From the NCBI GenBank assembly GCA_963665775.2, contig CAXXTF010000002.1:160001-224000 (forward strand): a DNA stretch of 64,000 bases, given 5' to 3'. Numbering within the stretch: position 1 is the stretch's first letter; every line of letters begins with the position of its first letter. The DNA comes from Dehalococcoidia bacterium (GTDB taxonomy: Bacteria > Chloroflexota > Dehalococcoidia > SM23-28-2 > RBG-16-64-32). This document shows positions 52,629 through 61,919 of the stretch, in pieces. The notes under the pieces were generated by a model. It worked only from the letters and a program-made list of their open reading frames with translations. It had not been told where the DNA came from and searched no databases. Position numbers and translations under genes: made by a program.

Positions 52629-53579
52629 CTACTGCCTCAGTCGCGGGTCCAAGACGTCTCGCATGGCGTCGCCGAAGAGGTTAAAGCCCAGCACGGCCAG
52701 GCTAATGGCCACCCCCGGGAAGATTGCCAGCCACGGCGCAGTTTCGAAGTACTGGCGTCCAATCCCTGAGAACATACCTCCCCAGCTAGGGTTCGGGGGT
52801 GGCGTACCCAAGCCCAGAAAACCGAGGGAAGCTTCGATGAGAACGACGTATCCGAGCGAGACAGTTGCGATAACAATCACTACCGGGAACACGTTAGGCA
52901 CGATATGCTGCAAGACCAGCCTAACGGGACTGGCTCCGAGCACTCGGGCCGCCTCCACGTACTGTAGGTTTACAATCCCCAGAGCAGCCCCCCTCACTAT
53001 CCGGGCAGTGCTGGGAATCATCAAGAATGATAGGACTACCACGACGATGACCGGAATAGAATGCCAAACCAGCGGCATATCGATGAACCAAATATGAATA
53101 CCAGAGCTGAACACCGCAATTAGAGCCATGGCCAGTATTAGACCGGGAAAAGCCAGAAGGGCATCCACTATTCGCTGCACAAGGAGATCAAAGATGCCGC
53201 CTATGTAGGCCGAGATGACGCCCAGCAGCATACCGAGCAGGGATCCTGTAAAAATGGTGATCAAGCCGGTGTACAGGGATGGGCGAGCCCCGTGGATGAC
53301 GCGGCTCAGTTGGTCGCGGCCCAGATTGTCCGTGCCAAAGGGGTGGGTAAGACTCGGACCGGTCAGCTGGTTCGGCGGGTCGACTCCCAGTGGGTCGTGG
53401 GGTGCAATCCAGTCTGCACCCAAAGCCAGCACTACCATAAAGATGAGAACTGCGCCCCCGAAAGCTCCGAGCGGATTCGTTCGAGCGAACCTCCACACCG
53501 ATCGAATTACTAGTGAAGGCAAGGCCCTCCTCTCGAGTATTCTCTCGTCGAAAGCGCCTAATTTCGCCCCTGCTGCCAT
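52629..53579 (-). CDS. Peptide/nickel ABC permease (DppC-like)
   Basis: GTDNLGRD, YVEAAR.LGA, EASL.FLGLG and GD.MRD.LDPR motifs. Confidence 0.93.
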   Translation of the reverse strand: MAAGAKLGAFDERILERRALPSLVIRSVWRFARTNPLGAFGGAVLIFMVVLALGADWIAPHDPLGVDPPNQLTGPSLTHPFGTDNLGRDQLSRVIHGARPSLYTGLITIFTGSLLGMLLGVISAYIGGIFDLLVQRIVDALLAFPGLILAMALIAVFSSGIHIWFIDMPLVWHSIPVIVVVVLSFLMIPSTARIVRGAALGIVNLQYVEAARVLGASPVRLVLQHIVPNVFPVVIVIATVSLGYVVLIEASLGFLGLGTPPPNPSWGGMFSGIGRQYFETAPWLAIFPGVAISLAVLGFNLFGDAMRDVLDPRLRQ

Positions 53580-53591
53580 ATGTCAGGCTCC

Positions 53592-54545
53592 TCAAGTAGC
53601 GAACTTGATTCGAGGGTCGAGCCAGCTGTAGATCAGATCCACCGCCAGGTTTACGAAAACGAAGACCGCCCCGAAGAAAAGCGTAACTCCTTGGATCAGG
53701 GTGTAATCTCGTTTGAGGACCGCGTCATAAGCTAGGTACCCGACACCCTGGAAATTGAAAATGATCTCGATGATGAGCGAGCCAGTCAAAAGGTTAGCAA
53801 GTTGAATGCCCTGAAGGCTAACCACTGGCAGCATACTATTCTTCACAACGTGACGAGAGGTGATCGTATATCCTCCAAGCCCCTTGGCCTGGGCCGTACG
53901 GATGTAGTCTTGGCGCAAAACCTCCAACACGGACGATCGCACCATTCTCACGCTGGTAGCAAATGTGCTGATGGCGATGATGGCAGCAGGTAGCAGAAAT
54001 TGTCGCAGGTTTGTCATTGGATCGTCAAAGAAAGGCACGTAAGTTAGGGGAGGCAGGTATCCCAAGTATTTCGCTCCTAGGACGATCACGAGGGTAGCTA
54101 TCCAAAACGTGGGGACTGACAGGCCGCTAATGGCTATAAACCTCAAGATGTAGTCGACGATGCTGTTTTGCCGGGTCGCGGAGATGATTCCAACAATCAG
54201 AGCCAAGGACTGGCTCATAACGAAGGCCATGATGCCTAGTTCTAATGTAATGGGTAGGTGCTTGATAATTAGCCCGGTCACATCTTTGTCTGACCATAGG
54301 GAGCGGCCGAGGTCGCCACGAAAAACGTCAGCCAACCACTCAGGATACTGAACATATACTGGCACGTTGAGCCCCAGCTTCTCGCGCAGAGCTTCCACAT
54401 CCTCAGACCGAAAGTAGGGAGACTCGTAAAGCTGTATCAGGATCACGTCCCCCGGCATAAGCCGCACCATGGCGAACACCATACTGCTTAAGATGAGCAA
54501 GGTGGGGACGATGAGGAGCAGTCTCCGTAGCAGGTATTGCTGCAT
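53592..54545 (-). CDS. Peptide/nickel ABC permease (DppB-like)
   Basis: GDLG.S, DYIRTA.AKGL and Y..LDPRI motifs. Confidence 0.93.
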   Translation of the reverse strand: MQQYLLRRLLLIVPTLLILSSMVFAMVRLMPGDVILIQLYESPYFRSEDVEALREKLGLNVPVYVQYPEWLADVFRGDLGRSLWSDKDVTGLIIKHLPITLELGIMAFVMSQSLALIVGIISATRQNSIVDYILRFIAISGLSVPTFWIATLVIVLGAKYLGYLPPLTYVPFFDDPMTNLRQFLLPAAIIAISTFATSVRMVRSSVLEVLRQDYIRTAQAKGLGGYTITSRHVVKNSMLPVVSLQGIQLANLLTGSLIIEIIFNFQGVGYLAYDAVLKRDYTLIQGVTLFFGAVFVFVNLAVDLIYSWLDPRIKFAT

Positions 54546-54681
54546 TATCGATTATCTCGGGCGTCCCGCTGCGGCTCCTGGTGCACCGCATGCTGGACAG
54601 GCTACTCTACTGAAGTGGAAATAGACCCTTATCAGTTACTTTACGCTAATTCTACTCCTAGAGATCCAATGCGAAGGACCA

Positions 54682-55092
54682 TCACAGGGCCATAGGCCTG
54701 AAGAAGGGAAGAACGATCTCTTCCGAGGCTGGACGAAAGTCAACCTCTACCGGCATGCCTATGTGCACCTCTGAAGGGTCGCAGTCAACGATGTTGGTAA
54801 GGATCTGGTATCCGTCCTGCAGATCAACGATGGCCACAACGTATGGCGCCTCAAAGGCAGGAGTCTGGGGTCGCCAGACCACGGTGTAGCTGTACACGTT
54901 TCCCCGACCAGATCCTCTCACCCACTCCAGACTTCCAGAAAAACAGTGAGAACAGACTAGCTGGGGGATAAAGGTCAAGCCCCCACAATCGCGGCATTTC
55001 TGCACACGGAGTTCTCCCGTCCTGCAACCATCCCAAAAGGGCCGCGAGATCGTAGTCGGAGTCGGAAGGGGTTTTGACGGCCCCGTAATCAC
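54682..55092 (-). CDS. DUF35 Zn-ribbon/OB-fold protein
   Basis: PFW.G....EL..QKC..CG...P...C..C, SGRG.VYSYT and IGMPVEV.F motifs. Confidence 0.9.
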   Translation of the reverse strand: MITGPSKPLPTPTTISRPFWDGCRTGELRVQKCRDCGGLTFIPQLVCSHCFSGSLEWVRGSGRGNVYSYTVVWRPQTPAFEAPYVVAIVDLQDGYQILTNIVDCDPSEVHIGMPVEVDFRPASEEIVLPFFRPMAL

Positions 55093-55227
55093 GCCTCCTC
55101 AATTTTTAGGTAGCAGGCATCGGCCAATCCGAAAGGGACTGGGCCCATCGATCAGGTCAGTGGCTCGGTTGTCACCTCGCCCTCGACCGGCAATCCTGTG
55201 GTCCCGTCGTCGCCATTCCCGTGCCCG

Positions 55228-56919
55228 CTACAGGTCAAGCCACATGTCGTCGTGCTGCTCGTATGCCCAGATGAGAGTGGGGAAGGTATGGTCCTTAAGG
55301 AAATTCCACTTGGCGGCAAGCCGCGTGTTGAAGCAAATCGGGATGACGGCAGCCTGATCAAGGATGCGACGCTGAATGTCGAGGAGGATCGACCGGCGAG
55401 CTGGTTCATCTGTCACGAAAGTGGACTGCTTATCGATCATTTCGTCCAACACGGGGTCTGAGAAGGCATGGCCTGCCGCCTGGCTCCCGCCGGTACGGTA
55501 ATGCGCTAGTAACTCGCTGGTGGTCGTCGCCAAGCCCAAATCACCAATATCTATGCCCATAAAGTCGCCGGTGGCGAAGTGAGCAATAAATGTCTGAACA
55601 TCAAGTGGCGTCAGCGACTCCACGATAATGCCGACATCCTTGAGCCGGGCCTGTATTAGTTCGCCCTCTGCAATCACATTGGCGGCATTGCGGACGAATC
55701 CCGGAATTCTAAGTTCGTCGATTCCGGCCGCGTCGAGGAGCTGTCGTGCCCCCTGCGGATCGAATCCCAGCAGGTCATCAACCTCTGCATCCGGCAGAAG
55801 CCAGTCCGGACCTGGCACAGACACCGGGGGCGCAATGAAGCCTGCTCCGAAGTACACCGTATCGATTATCTCCTGGCGGTTGATCGCCTTGGATATGGCC
55901 TGCCGCACACGGAGGTCATCAAGCGGCGGGAACGTAGTCTTGACATCTATTCGCTGGAGCAGCCAGGCAAAGCCTTCGACCAGCTCGATATCTGGTAGCT
56001 CTTGCACCAATGCTTCAAAGTCTCTGATGTCCGTATTAGTGATGTGCGACTTCTGCTGGCGGAAAGCGGCCTTTAGAATTGATCTGTCCGAGAAGCGCGG
56101 AAACACCAGTTCGTCTGGGTACGGCAGACCCGGAAGGAAATACTCCGGGTTCTTGCGGAGCCTAGCTATCTGGTTGGGAGTCCATTCTTCACTTATCCAA
56201 GCTCCCGTTCCGATAGTAGGGCCTTCCTTAAGGTCGCCCGTGACGTCTACCGCCTCGTGGGCCACGATCTTGTTATGCGCATCGGTAAGGTCGGCCAGCA
56301 AGTCTGCGTTGACCGGATCGGACACGAGGCGCAAGGTGAGATCATCGGTCGCGGAAATCGTCTTCAGAGTCCCCAGGTTGCTTCTCGTCTTGAGGGATTC
56401 CATCTGAGTCTCGAAGCTGAAGACCACGTCTTCGGCCACTAACCCGCGCCCATTCACTGGGGAAATGTTGTGCCATTTGACGTTGGGGCGCAGCTTAACT
56501 ATATAAGTGTCATCTTCCGGGATCTCCCAGCTCTCCGCGACGTCCCCAAGAACTTCCGTGGTCAGTCTAGGGACTTCGGGGCCCGTATTGATTTTGAACA
56601 GCCGGCTGTAGGCGACGCCTGGACCCGCACTAGTGAACGCCAGGGCGAACTCATCCCACGGGTCCTGGGTTGCGGCTTCTGTGCCCGATCGTCCCAGGAG
56701 TATCGTTCCGCCGCTCTTGGGCCCCGCCGGGGTCGGAGTCGCCGTGGCGGCAGGGGTAGTGGCGCTGGGGGTGGTAGGGGACGGCGACTCATCATCGTCC
56801 CCGCAACCCACAACGGCCGCCGCGCCCAGGCCCATGGCGCCCATGGCGGTCCCTTGTAGCAGGCGACGCCGGTTTATTTTGCGGTTCCAGTACCTTTGCC
56901 AGTATCCACCGTCTTTCAT
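55228..56919 (-). CDS. Tat-exported ABC substrate-binding protein (family 5)
   Basis: NRRRLL twin-arginine, lipobox VGC, AESWE, GTGAW and DD.RVRQA motifs; ATG at 56919 has an RBS. Confidence 0.9.
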   Translation of the reverse strand: MKDGGYWQRYWNRKINRRRLLQGTAMGAMGLGAAAVVGCGDDDESPSPTTPSATTPAATATPTPAGPKSGGTILLGRSGTEAATQDPWDEFALAFTSAGPGVAYSRLFKINTGPEVPRLTTEVLGDVAESWEIPEDDTYIVKLRPNVKWHNISPVNGRGLVAEDVVFSFETQMESLKTRSNLGTLKTISATDDLTLRLVSDPVNADLLADLTDAHNKIVAHEAVDVTGDLKEGPTIGTGAWISEEWTPNQIARLRKNPEYFLPGLPYPDELVFPRFSDRSILKAAFRQQKSHITNTDIRDFEALVQELPDIELVEGFAWLLQRIDVKTTFPPLDDLRVRQAISKAINRQEIIDTVYFGAGFIAPPVSVPGPDWLLPDAEVDDLLGFDPQGARQLLDAAGIDELRIPGFVRNAANVIAEGELIQARLKDVGIIVESLTPLDVQTFIAHFATGDFMGIDIGDLGLATTTSELLAHYRTGGSQAAGHAFSDPVLDEMIDKQSTFVTDEPARRSILLDIQRRILDQAAVIPICFNTRLAAKWNFLKDHTFPTLIWAYEQHDDMWLDL

Positions 56920-56959
56920 GGCGTCATTCTCCCTCCCTTGCAACATCGCTAACAAGCAG

Positions 56960-56988
56960 ATGCTAGTGCTGGCCCTAAGCTATGTCAA
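56960..56988 (-). promoter_or_regulatory. sigma70-type promoter of the ABC operon
   Basis: TTGACA-N17-TAGCAT on the minus strand. Confidence 0.75.
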
Positions 56989-57089
56989 GTCTCGCACGCT
57001 AGGTCCTGTGATGTATCAGGACCTGTGAGACAAGAGAGGGGGTGAGGTCTTAGCGAGTCTGGCTAGGGACTCCCGACAGCATACCCTTC

Positions 57090-58043
57090 TTAATCGGACG
57101 TGCTGAGCTCGGCGAGGAGTTGCAGAGCGCGGTTCGTAGACATCCTTCTATCGGTTTCGGTGCCCACTACGGTGCAGATAAGTTCATCCACACCGGTGGC
57201 GGCAATCTTCTGGACCTGCTGCGCCACCGTATCTTCGTTGCCGGAAATCACGATCGATTGCAGCATCGCTTGACTCATCAGGCTTTGGGTTGCCTCGGGG
57301 AAACCGGCGTCTAGGAACATTTGCCGGTAGAATGGGAGCCGCGGGTAGATGGCAAACTGCTTCATCGCTGCCTCATGAACCTCCTCGGCCTGCTCGTGCA
57401 CGCAAACGCCGACATGCATGACCATCTTCGGCCTCGGCCTGCCGGCCCTAGCGGCTCCAGCAGACAAGGCTGGAAGGGCAACTTGTTCCATATAGGGGAG
57501 CGGGCACACCCAGCTTATGGCTCCGTCGGCCAGCTCTCCAGCCAGCTCGAAGGATCTCCGCCTCAGGGCCGAGGCCATTACCAGGATATCGTGGGACTGA
57601 CCCCAGTCTCCCCGCACCCTGAAGAACTCCCCCTCAAATTCTACCTGGCCTCCCTGCTGAAGGGCTGCCTTGAGGATCTGTAGGTATTCGCGAAGGTGTC
57701 CCAGCGGCCTCCGATAAGGGATTCCCCACGTGTTCTCGACAGAGGCTTTGTGGCTTGGCCCCACGCCGAGGCGGAAACGGCCCGGCGCCAACTCCGCCAC
57801 GACCCTGGCCTCCTGGGCAAGAGCGAAGGGGTGCCGCGGGTAAGTAGGGACGATGGACGTGCCCAGCCTTATACGCTGGGTGCGCGTCGCTGCGATGGTG
57901 AGGACGGTCACTGAGTCGGGCAGGACGCCTCCGACGGTCATCCAGGCGGCATCGATTCCTAGCTCTTCCGCCCGAACCACAGCATCGATCGCTGCTGGCA
58001 CGGTCGGCTCTGCGATCTGTACGCCGATGAGTAAGCCCTTCAC
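57090..58043 (-). CDS. LLM class flavin/F420-dependent oxidoreductase
   Basis: AEELG.D..W, T.RIRLGT.I.P, GRF.LG.G.SH and LAGE.ADG motifs; start uncertain. Confidence 0.9.
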   Translation of the reverse strand: MKGLLIGVQIAEPTVPAAIDAVVRAEELGIDAAWMTVGGVLPDSVTVLTIAATRTQRIRLGTSIVPTYPRHPFALAQEARVVAELAPGRFRLGVGPSHKASVENTWGIPYRRPLGHLREYLQILKAALQQGGQVEFEGEFFRVRGDWGQSHDILVMASALRRRSFELAGELADGAISWVCPLPYMEQVALPALSAGAARAGRPRPKMVMHVGVCVHEQAEEVHEAAMKQFAIYPRLPFYRQMFLDAGFPEATQSLMSQAMLQSIVISGNEDTVAQQVQKIAATGVDELICTVVGTETDRRMSTNRALQLLAELSTSD

Positions 58044-58131
58044 GGCGACATTGTACTGGCGGCTGACTCGATGGGACAAGTGTGCAGGCCAAAGAAAGCG
58101 AAATAGTGAGAGGGAAAGGCTGGGTTACCCC

Positions 58132-58280
58132 CTGGATTTCCAGACTCCTAGCGGGCCACCTACTCGGGCCGGCCCGCCGCGGTTGGGCCGGATCGTGGCT
58201 CGCCCCGCGCTGGGTGGTCTTCATCACGAGTACGAGTGGCTGGCCGCATGACGATTTCAGATACGGATGAGATTTTGGCC
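58132..58280 (+). mobile_element. 3' end of an rve-integrase (IS481-like) gene plus truncated right end
   Basis: ..GRIVARPALGGLHHEYEWLAA* followed by TTCAGATACGGATGAGATTTTGG. Confidence 0.75.
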
Positions 58281-58662
58281 AATCGGGATTCCTATTGGCC
58301 CTGACACGTCACTCGTCATCGCCGAAATCATTCTTTCAGCCGTCGATAACGATGCATGTGGCGCAGGCTTGGGTTTCCGTTGGTACGACGATTACGAGCT
58401 TCCGGGGGTCACGAGGGGCGAATGTGAACAGGCCTTAGTGCGGCTCGAAACGGCGCTTCTTGAATTCGAACTGGGGCTGAACGTCTCAAAGACCGAGATT
58501 CTCGAGCTGCCGATGGCTCTTGAGGACGAATGGGTAGACGTCTTGAGAGACTTTGAGTTTAAGCGTACGGCTCCGGAGCAACTCGAGGACCTGACCACGT
58601 TCTTCTCGCGGGCGTTCGAGTTCACGGGGAGATTATCGGCCACGCACCCCAGGAACTGGTAG
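58280..58662 (+). pseudogene. Reverse transcriptase internal fragment (Abi/UG/DRT-like)
   Basis: GIPIGPDTS..IAEIIL (RT4), RWYDD (RT5) and LGLNVSKT (RT6) motifs. Confidence 0.8.
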
Positions 58663-58988
58663 ACGTGGGCAGCGGTGAAGGAGGAAGGATCATCGGGTAG
58701 TCTCTTAGGCGTGGACGGGTTGTGAGCAAGTACCAAAAACTGGACTCCGGGGACTGCGTCTTCGCTTGATCCTACCAGCATCGATGTACCTGGCGCCATA
58801 TCCACGATCGACACATAGTGTGGTCACCGTGCTGGCCCCTAATAGGCCGCATTGTACCGTCGATCCTCAAGCCCCGTATTTAGCCAGAGTACGTCCAGGC
58901 CGTATACGGCTGGGCCACTATTACTGGCCGTTTTCATGCCCCGTGACTTGACCTCGGACGTTGCGCCCTCTGTTTGCCGGAGCGGGAC

Positions 58989-59017
58989 AAATAGCTTTCA
59001 GCTATTTCGTGTATAAT
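58989..59017 (+). promoter_or_regulatory. Palindromic operator plus extended -10 element
   Basis: AAATAGCT-TTC-AGCTATTT immediately before GTGTATAAT. Confidence 0.6.
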
Positions 59018-59127
59018 CACTGCATATAGTAATTATGTGGTCGATAGTCACAGGCGCGGCGCCATCGGTCAGTAGGGCAGCCGAGGTCTCCTGACTATAA
59101 TCGGCCCTAGGCAGGACAGCGTGCAAG

Positions 59128-61692
59128 ATGATCGTGGACAGCAACACAGCTAAGATCACGCTAACAGAAAAAAAGAGCGACGGTAAGGTCGTTCCGTCCT
59201 TCTGCCACCTATGCGTCTATGGTCAGTGCTCCACACTGGTGCACGTAGTGGACGGCGTGGCGGTGAAGGTGGAGGGGAACCCAGAGGCACCTCATAACCA
59301 GGGGAGGCTCTGCGCCAGGGGCAACGCCAACCTGATGGAGCTGTACGACCCCTACCGGGTCAAGGTGCCCTTGAAGCGGACCAATCCGGAGAAGGGCCTG
59401 GATGTGGACCCCAAGTTCGTAGAGATCTCCTGGGAAGAGGCGCTGGAGATAGTGGCCGAGAAGCTCAGGGCCGTAAAGGAGGAGGACTCCCGGCAGTTCC
59501 ACTCCAGTGGGGGAATGGCCGACCAGGGGCTGGCTCGAGGCGAATTTCAAGCGTTTTTCGGTGGCGCCCCGATGCACATGTTCGGCGGGGTCGCTGCCTG
59601 TGGCAGCTCAGAGCATGCCGTATCGGCCTGGGCCCATAACGCGCACGTATCTGGATATGACCCCGACTACGTGGAGCTGCTTGCGCTCCAGGGCACCAAT
59701 GCCGGCTTCGGGACCTGGATTGGAGCCGCCGCTGGGGGTGGCGTGAGTCGGATAGCCGACGCCCGGGCCGAGCGTGGTGCCAGGATCGTTAGTATCGATC
59801 CCCGCTGCGGCGAGGGGAGCAACAAGGCGAACGAGTGGATCCCCATCCTACCAGGCACGGACCTGGCCTTTAACCTGGCCGTACTACACGTCATCCTTCA
59901 CGAGCTGAACCGGTTCGACGTGGAGTTCATCAAGCTTCACACCAATGGGCCATACCTCATCCAGTCCAACGGCTACTACCTGAAGGATGCGAACGACAAG
60001 CCGCTGGTATGGGACGCCGCCGCTCAGGTCGCTAGACCCTTCGATGATCCGGAGATCAAGGACTTTGTCCTGGAGGGGACCTACGAGGTAGACGGGGAGG
60101 CCTGCAATCCCGCCTTCCACCTGCTGAAGGAACGGATGCTCCCTTATACCCCGGAGTGGGCCGAGCAGATCAGCACCGTGCCCGCTGCCCAGATCAGACG
60201 CTTTGCCGCCGATTTCGTGAAAGCGGCGAGGATCGGTACCAGCATCAAGATAGACGGTGTCGAGTTTCCGTTCCGGCCGGCCGCTATGATCGGCTATCAC
60301 GGCTCCCAGCGCCACTACAACGGCCCCTTTACCACCATGTCACTGCGCCTAATAAACGCCATGGTTGGCAATTTCGATGTGCCGGGTGGCAACAAGGGAT
60401 GGGCTCGCGAACCGCTGATTAATTACGACACCCCCGCTCCCTCGGACGGGATGCTGGAGTTTATCCCGCGATCCGCAATCAAGTTTCCTCCGGACCCTGA
60501 CCTCAAGCAGTTCTACCCGCTGGCCGTAGACACACACATTGTCTGGTTGAACTATATTCAGACAGATCCCGAGATGCAGGAGCGGTTCAAGGTCCCGTAC
60601 ACCCTAAAGGTGCTCTGTCTGGGGGGTACTAACCCCTTCGCCAATCAGGGCGATCCCCACCAGACTGAGGGGGTCATGAGGGCCATCGACTTCATCTTCA
60701 CGATATCCATTCATATCGACGACCCAGCACTCTTCGCCGATGTGGTACTTCCGGAGGACTGCGCAGCGGAGCGGCTGGAGGCCCGGCAGTACTCCGCCAT
60801 GTTCCAGATTGGGGTGGAGATGATGCTGCTGCGGCAACCTGTTGTGCCGCGTCTATACGATACCAAGCACCCCGACGAGATGGCGATGGAACTTGCCGAT
60901 AAGCTGGGCATGCTCTATGGGGAGGATGGCTACATCGACTACATGAACAGTGTCCTCCCCCGACGTGGAAACCCGGCCCGGCTGGACATCAACAGAAAGC
61001 CAATGCTGGAAGAGCTGGTCGACGTCCGCCTGAGGTCATGGTCTGGCGAGGACAAGGGGCTGGGATGGTTCAGCGAGCATGGACTCCTGGCTAACAAACT
61101 GCCTGTCGAAAAAGACTACCATTGGGCCCCCCTATCTGGGCGGCGCTTTCCTATCTACTTCGAGCCGGTCAAGGAGTTGGGTGACGTTCTGAAGAGCCGG
61201 GTCAAAGAAGAATACGGGTGGGACTGGGACACCTCGTGGTACGATGCGCTACCTCGCTGGGAGCCCTGCCCTGAGCATCGCGATGAGCTGTGGCCGCCGG
61301 GCTTCGATCTGTACCTGATCAACTACAAAACGCCCTACAACACCAATAGCCAGACCGCAGGCAACCCCTGGCTAGCCGAGGTGTACGAGGCTGATCCATA
61401 CTTCCTGCGGGCCTGGATGAACGAGGAGACAGGGAAGAGGATGGGGCTGCGTGATGGCGAAAAGGTATGGATTGAGTCTACGGTCAACAAGGTGGAGGCA
61501 CGAGTAAAGCTCAGCGAAACGGTCCATCCTCGGGTGGTTGCGATCGGTGGGGCTCAAGGCAGCCATGCGACCAACCCGTTCGCCAAGAAGGGGATCAGCT
61601 ACGCTAGCTTACTACCGCAACAACCGGAGAATATCAATCCCATGCTCTGTAACCTTGAGTGGTGCACCCGCATAAAGGTCACGAAGGCGTAA
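59128..61692 (+). CDS. DMSO-reductase family molybdopterin oxidoreductase catalytic subunit (PadB-like)
   Basis: CHLC....C...C Fe-S motif, KRTNPEKG..DP.F..ISWEEAL, PGTD.A and FADVVLP motifs; no Tat signal. Confidence 0.9.
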   Translation: MIVDSNTAKITLTEKKSDGKVVPSFCHLCVYGQCSTLVHVVDGVAVKVEGNPEAPHNQGRLCARGNANLMELYDPYRVKVPLKRTNPEKGLDVDPKFVEISWEEALEIVAEKLRAVKEEDSRQFHSSGGMADQGLARGEFQAFFGGAPMHMFGGVAACGSSEHAVSAWAHNAHVSGYDPDYVELLALQGTNAGFGTWIGAAAGGGVSRIADARAERGARIVSIDPRCGEGSNKANEWIPILPGTDLAFNLAVLHVILHELNRFDVEFIKLHTNGPYLIQSNGYYLKDANDKPLVWDAAAQVARPFDDPEIKDFVLEGTYEVDGEACNPAFHLLKERMLPYTPEWAEQISTVPAAQIRRFAADFVKAARIGTSIKIDGVEFPFRPAAMIGYHGSQRHYNGPFTTMSLRLINAMVGNFDVPGGNKGWAREPLINYDTPAPSDGMLEFIPRSAIKFPPDPDLKQFYPLAVDTHIVWLNYIQTDPEMQERFKVPYTLKVLCLGGTNPFANQGDPHQTEGVMRAIDFIFTISIHIDDPALFADVVLPEDCAAERLEARQYSAMFQIGVEMMLLRQPVVPRLYDTKHPDEMAMELADKLGMLYGEDGYIDYMNSVLPRRGNPARLDINRKPMLEELVDVRLRSWSGEDKGLGWFSEHGLLANKLPVEKDYHWAPLSGRRFPIYFEPVKELGDVLKSRVKEEYGWDWDTSWYDALPRWEPCPEHRDELWPPGFDLYLINYKTPYNTNSQTAGNPWLAEVYEADPYFLRAWMNEETGKRMGLRDGEKVWIESTVNKVEARVKLSETVHPRVVAIGGAQGSHATNPFAKKGISYASLLPQQPENINPMLCNLEWCTRIKVTKA

Positions 61693-61919
61693 GTAATCGA
61701 AACCCCTGGCTAAATACTGGCCAGCGTACGATAACTTCCCGTTGCCGACCTCTGGGAGAAGCCGGGGGATGTCGGGATTGACTGCCTCTCGGCGGTTGAG
61801 GAACTCCTTGCCAGGGCCCTCGGCCGAGGCGATCGCCCATGTGAGGCCACCGAAGTTTCACCGCAGGTTTACCGCAATTTCAAATCGAGCCCTTTAGCAA
61901 TTGGTCCCCTCAGCGAGGC

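Noticed and set aside
58132-58662. Active retron, DGR or group II intron
   Set aside because: The RT is only an internal fragment; no msr/msd, TR/VR pair or intron domain V/VI seen
59020-59127. Moco riboswitch upstream of the molybdoenzyme
   Set aside because: One GCCGA...TCGGC stem only; could not match the motif consensus by eye
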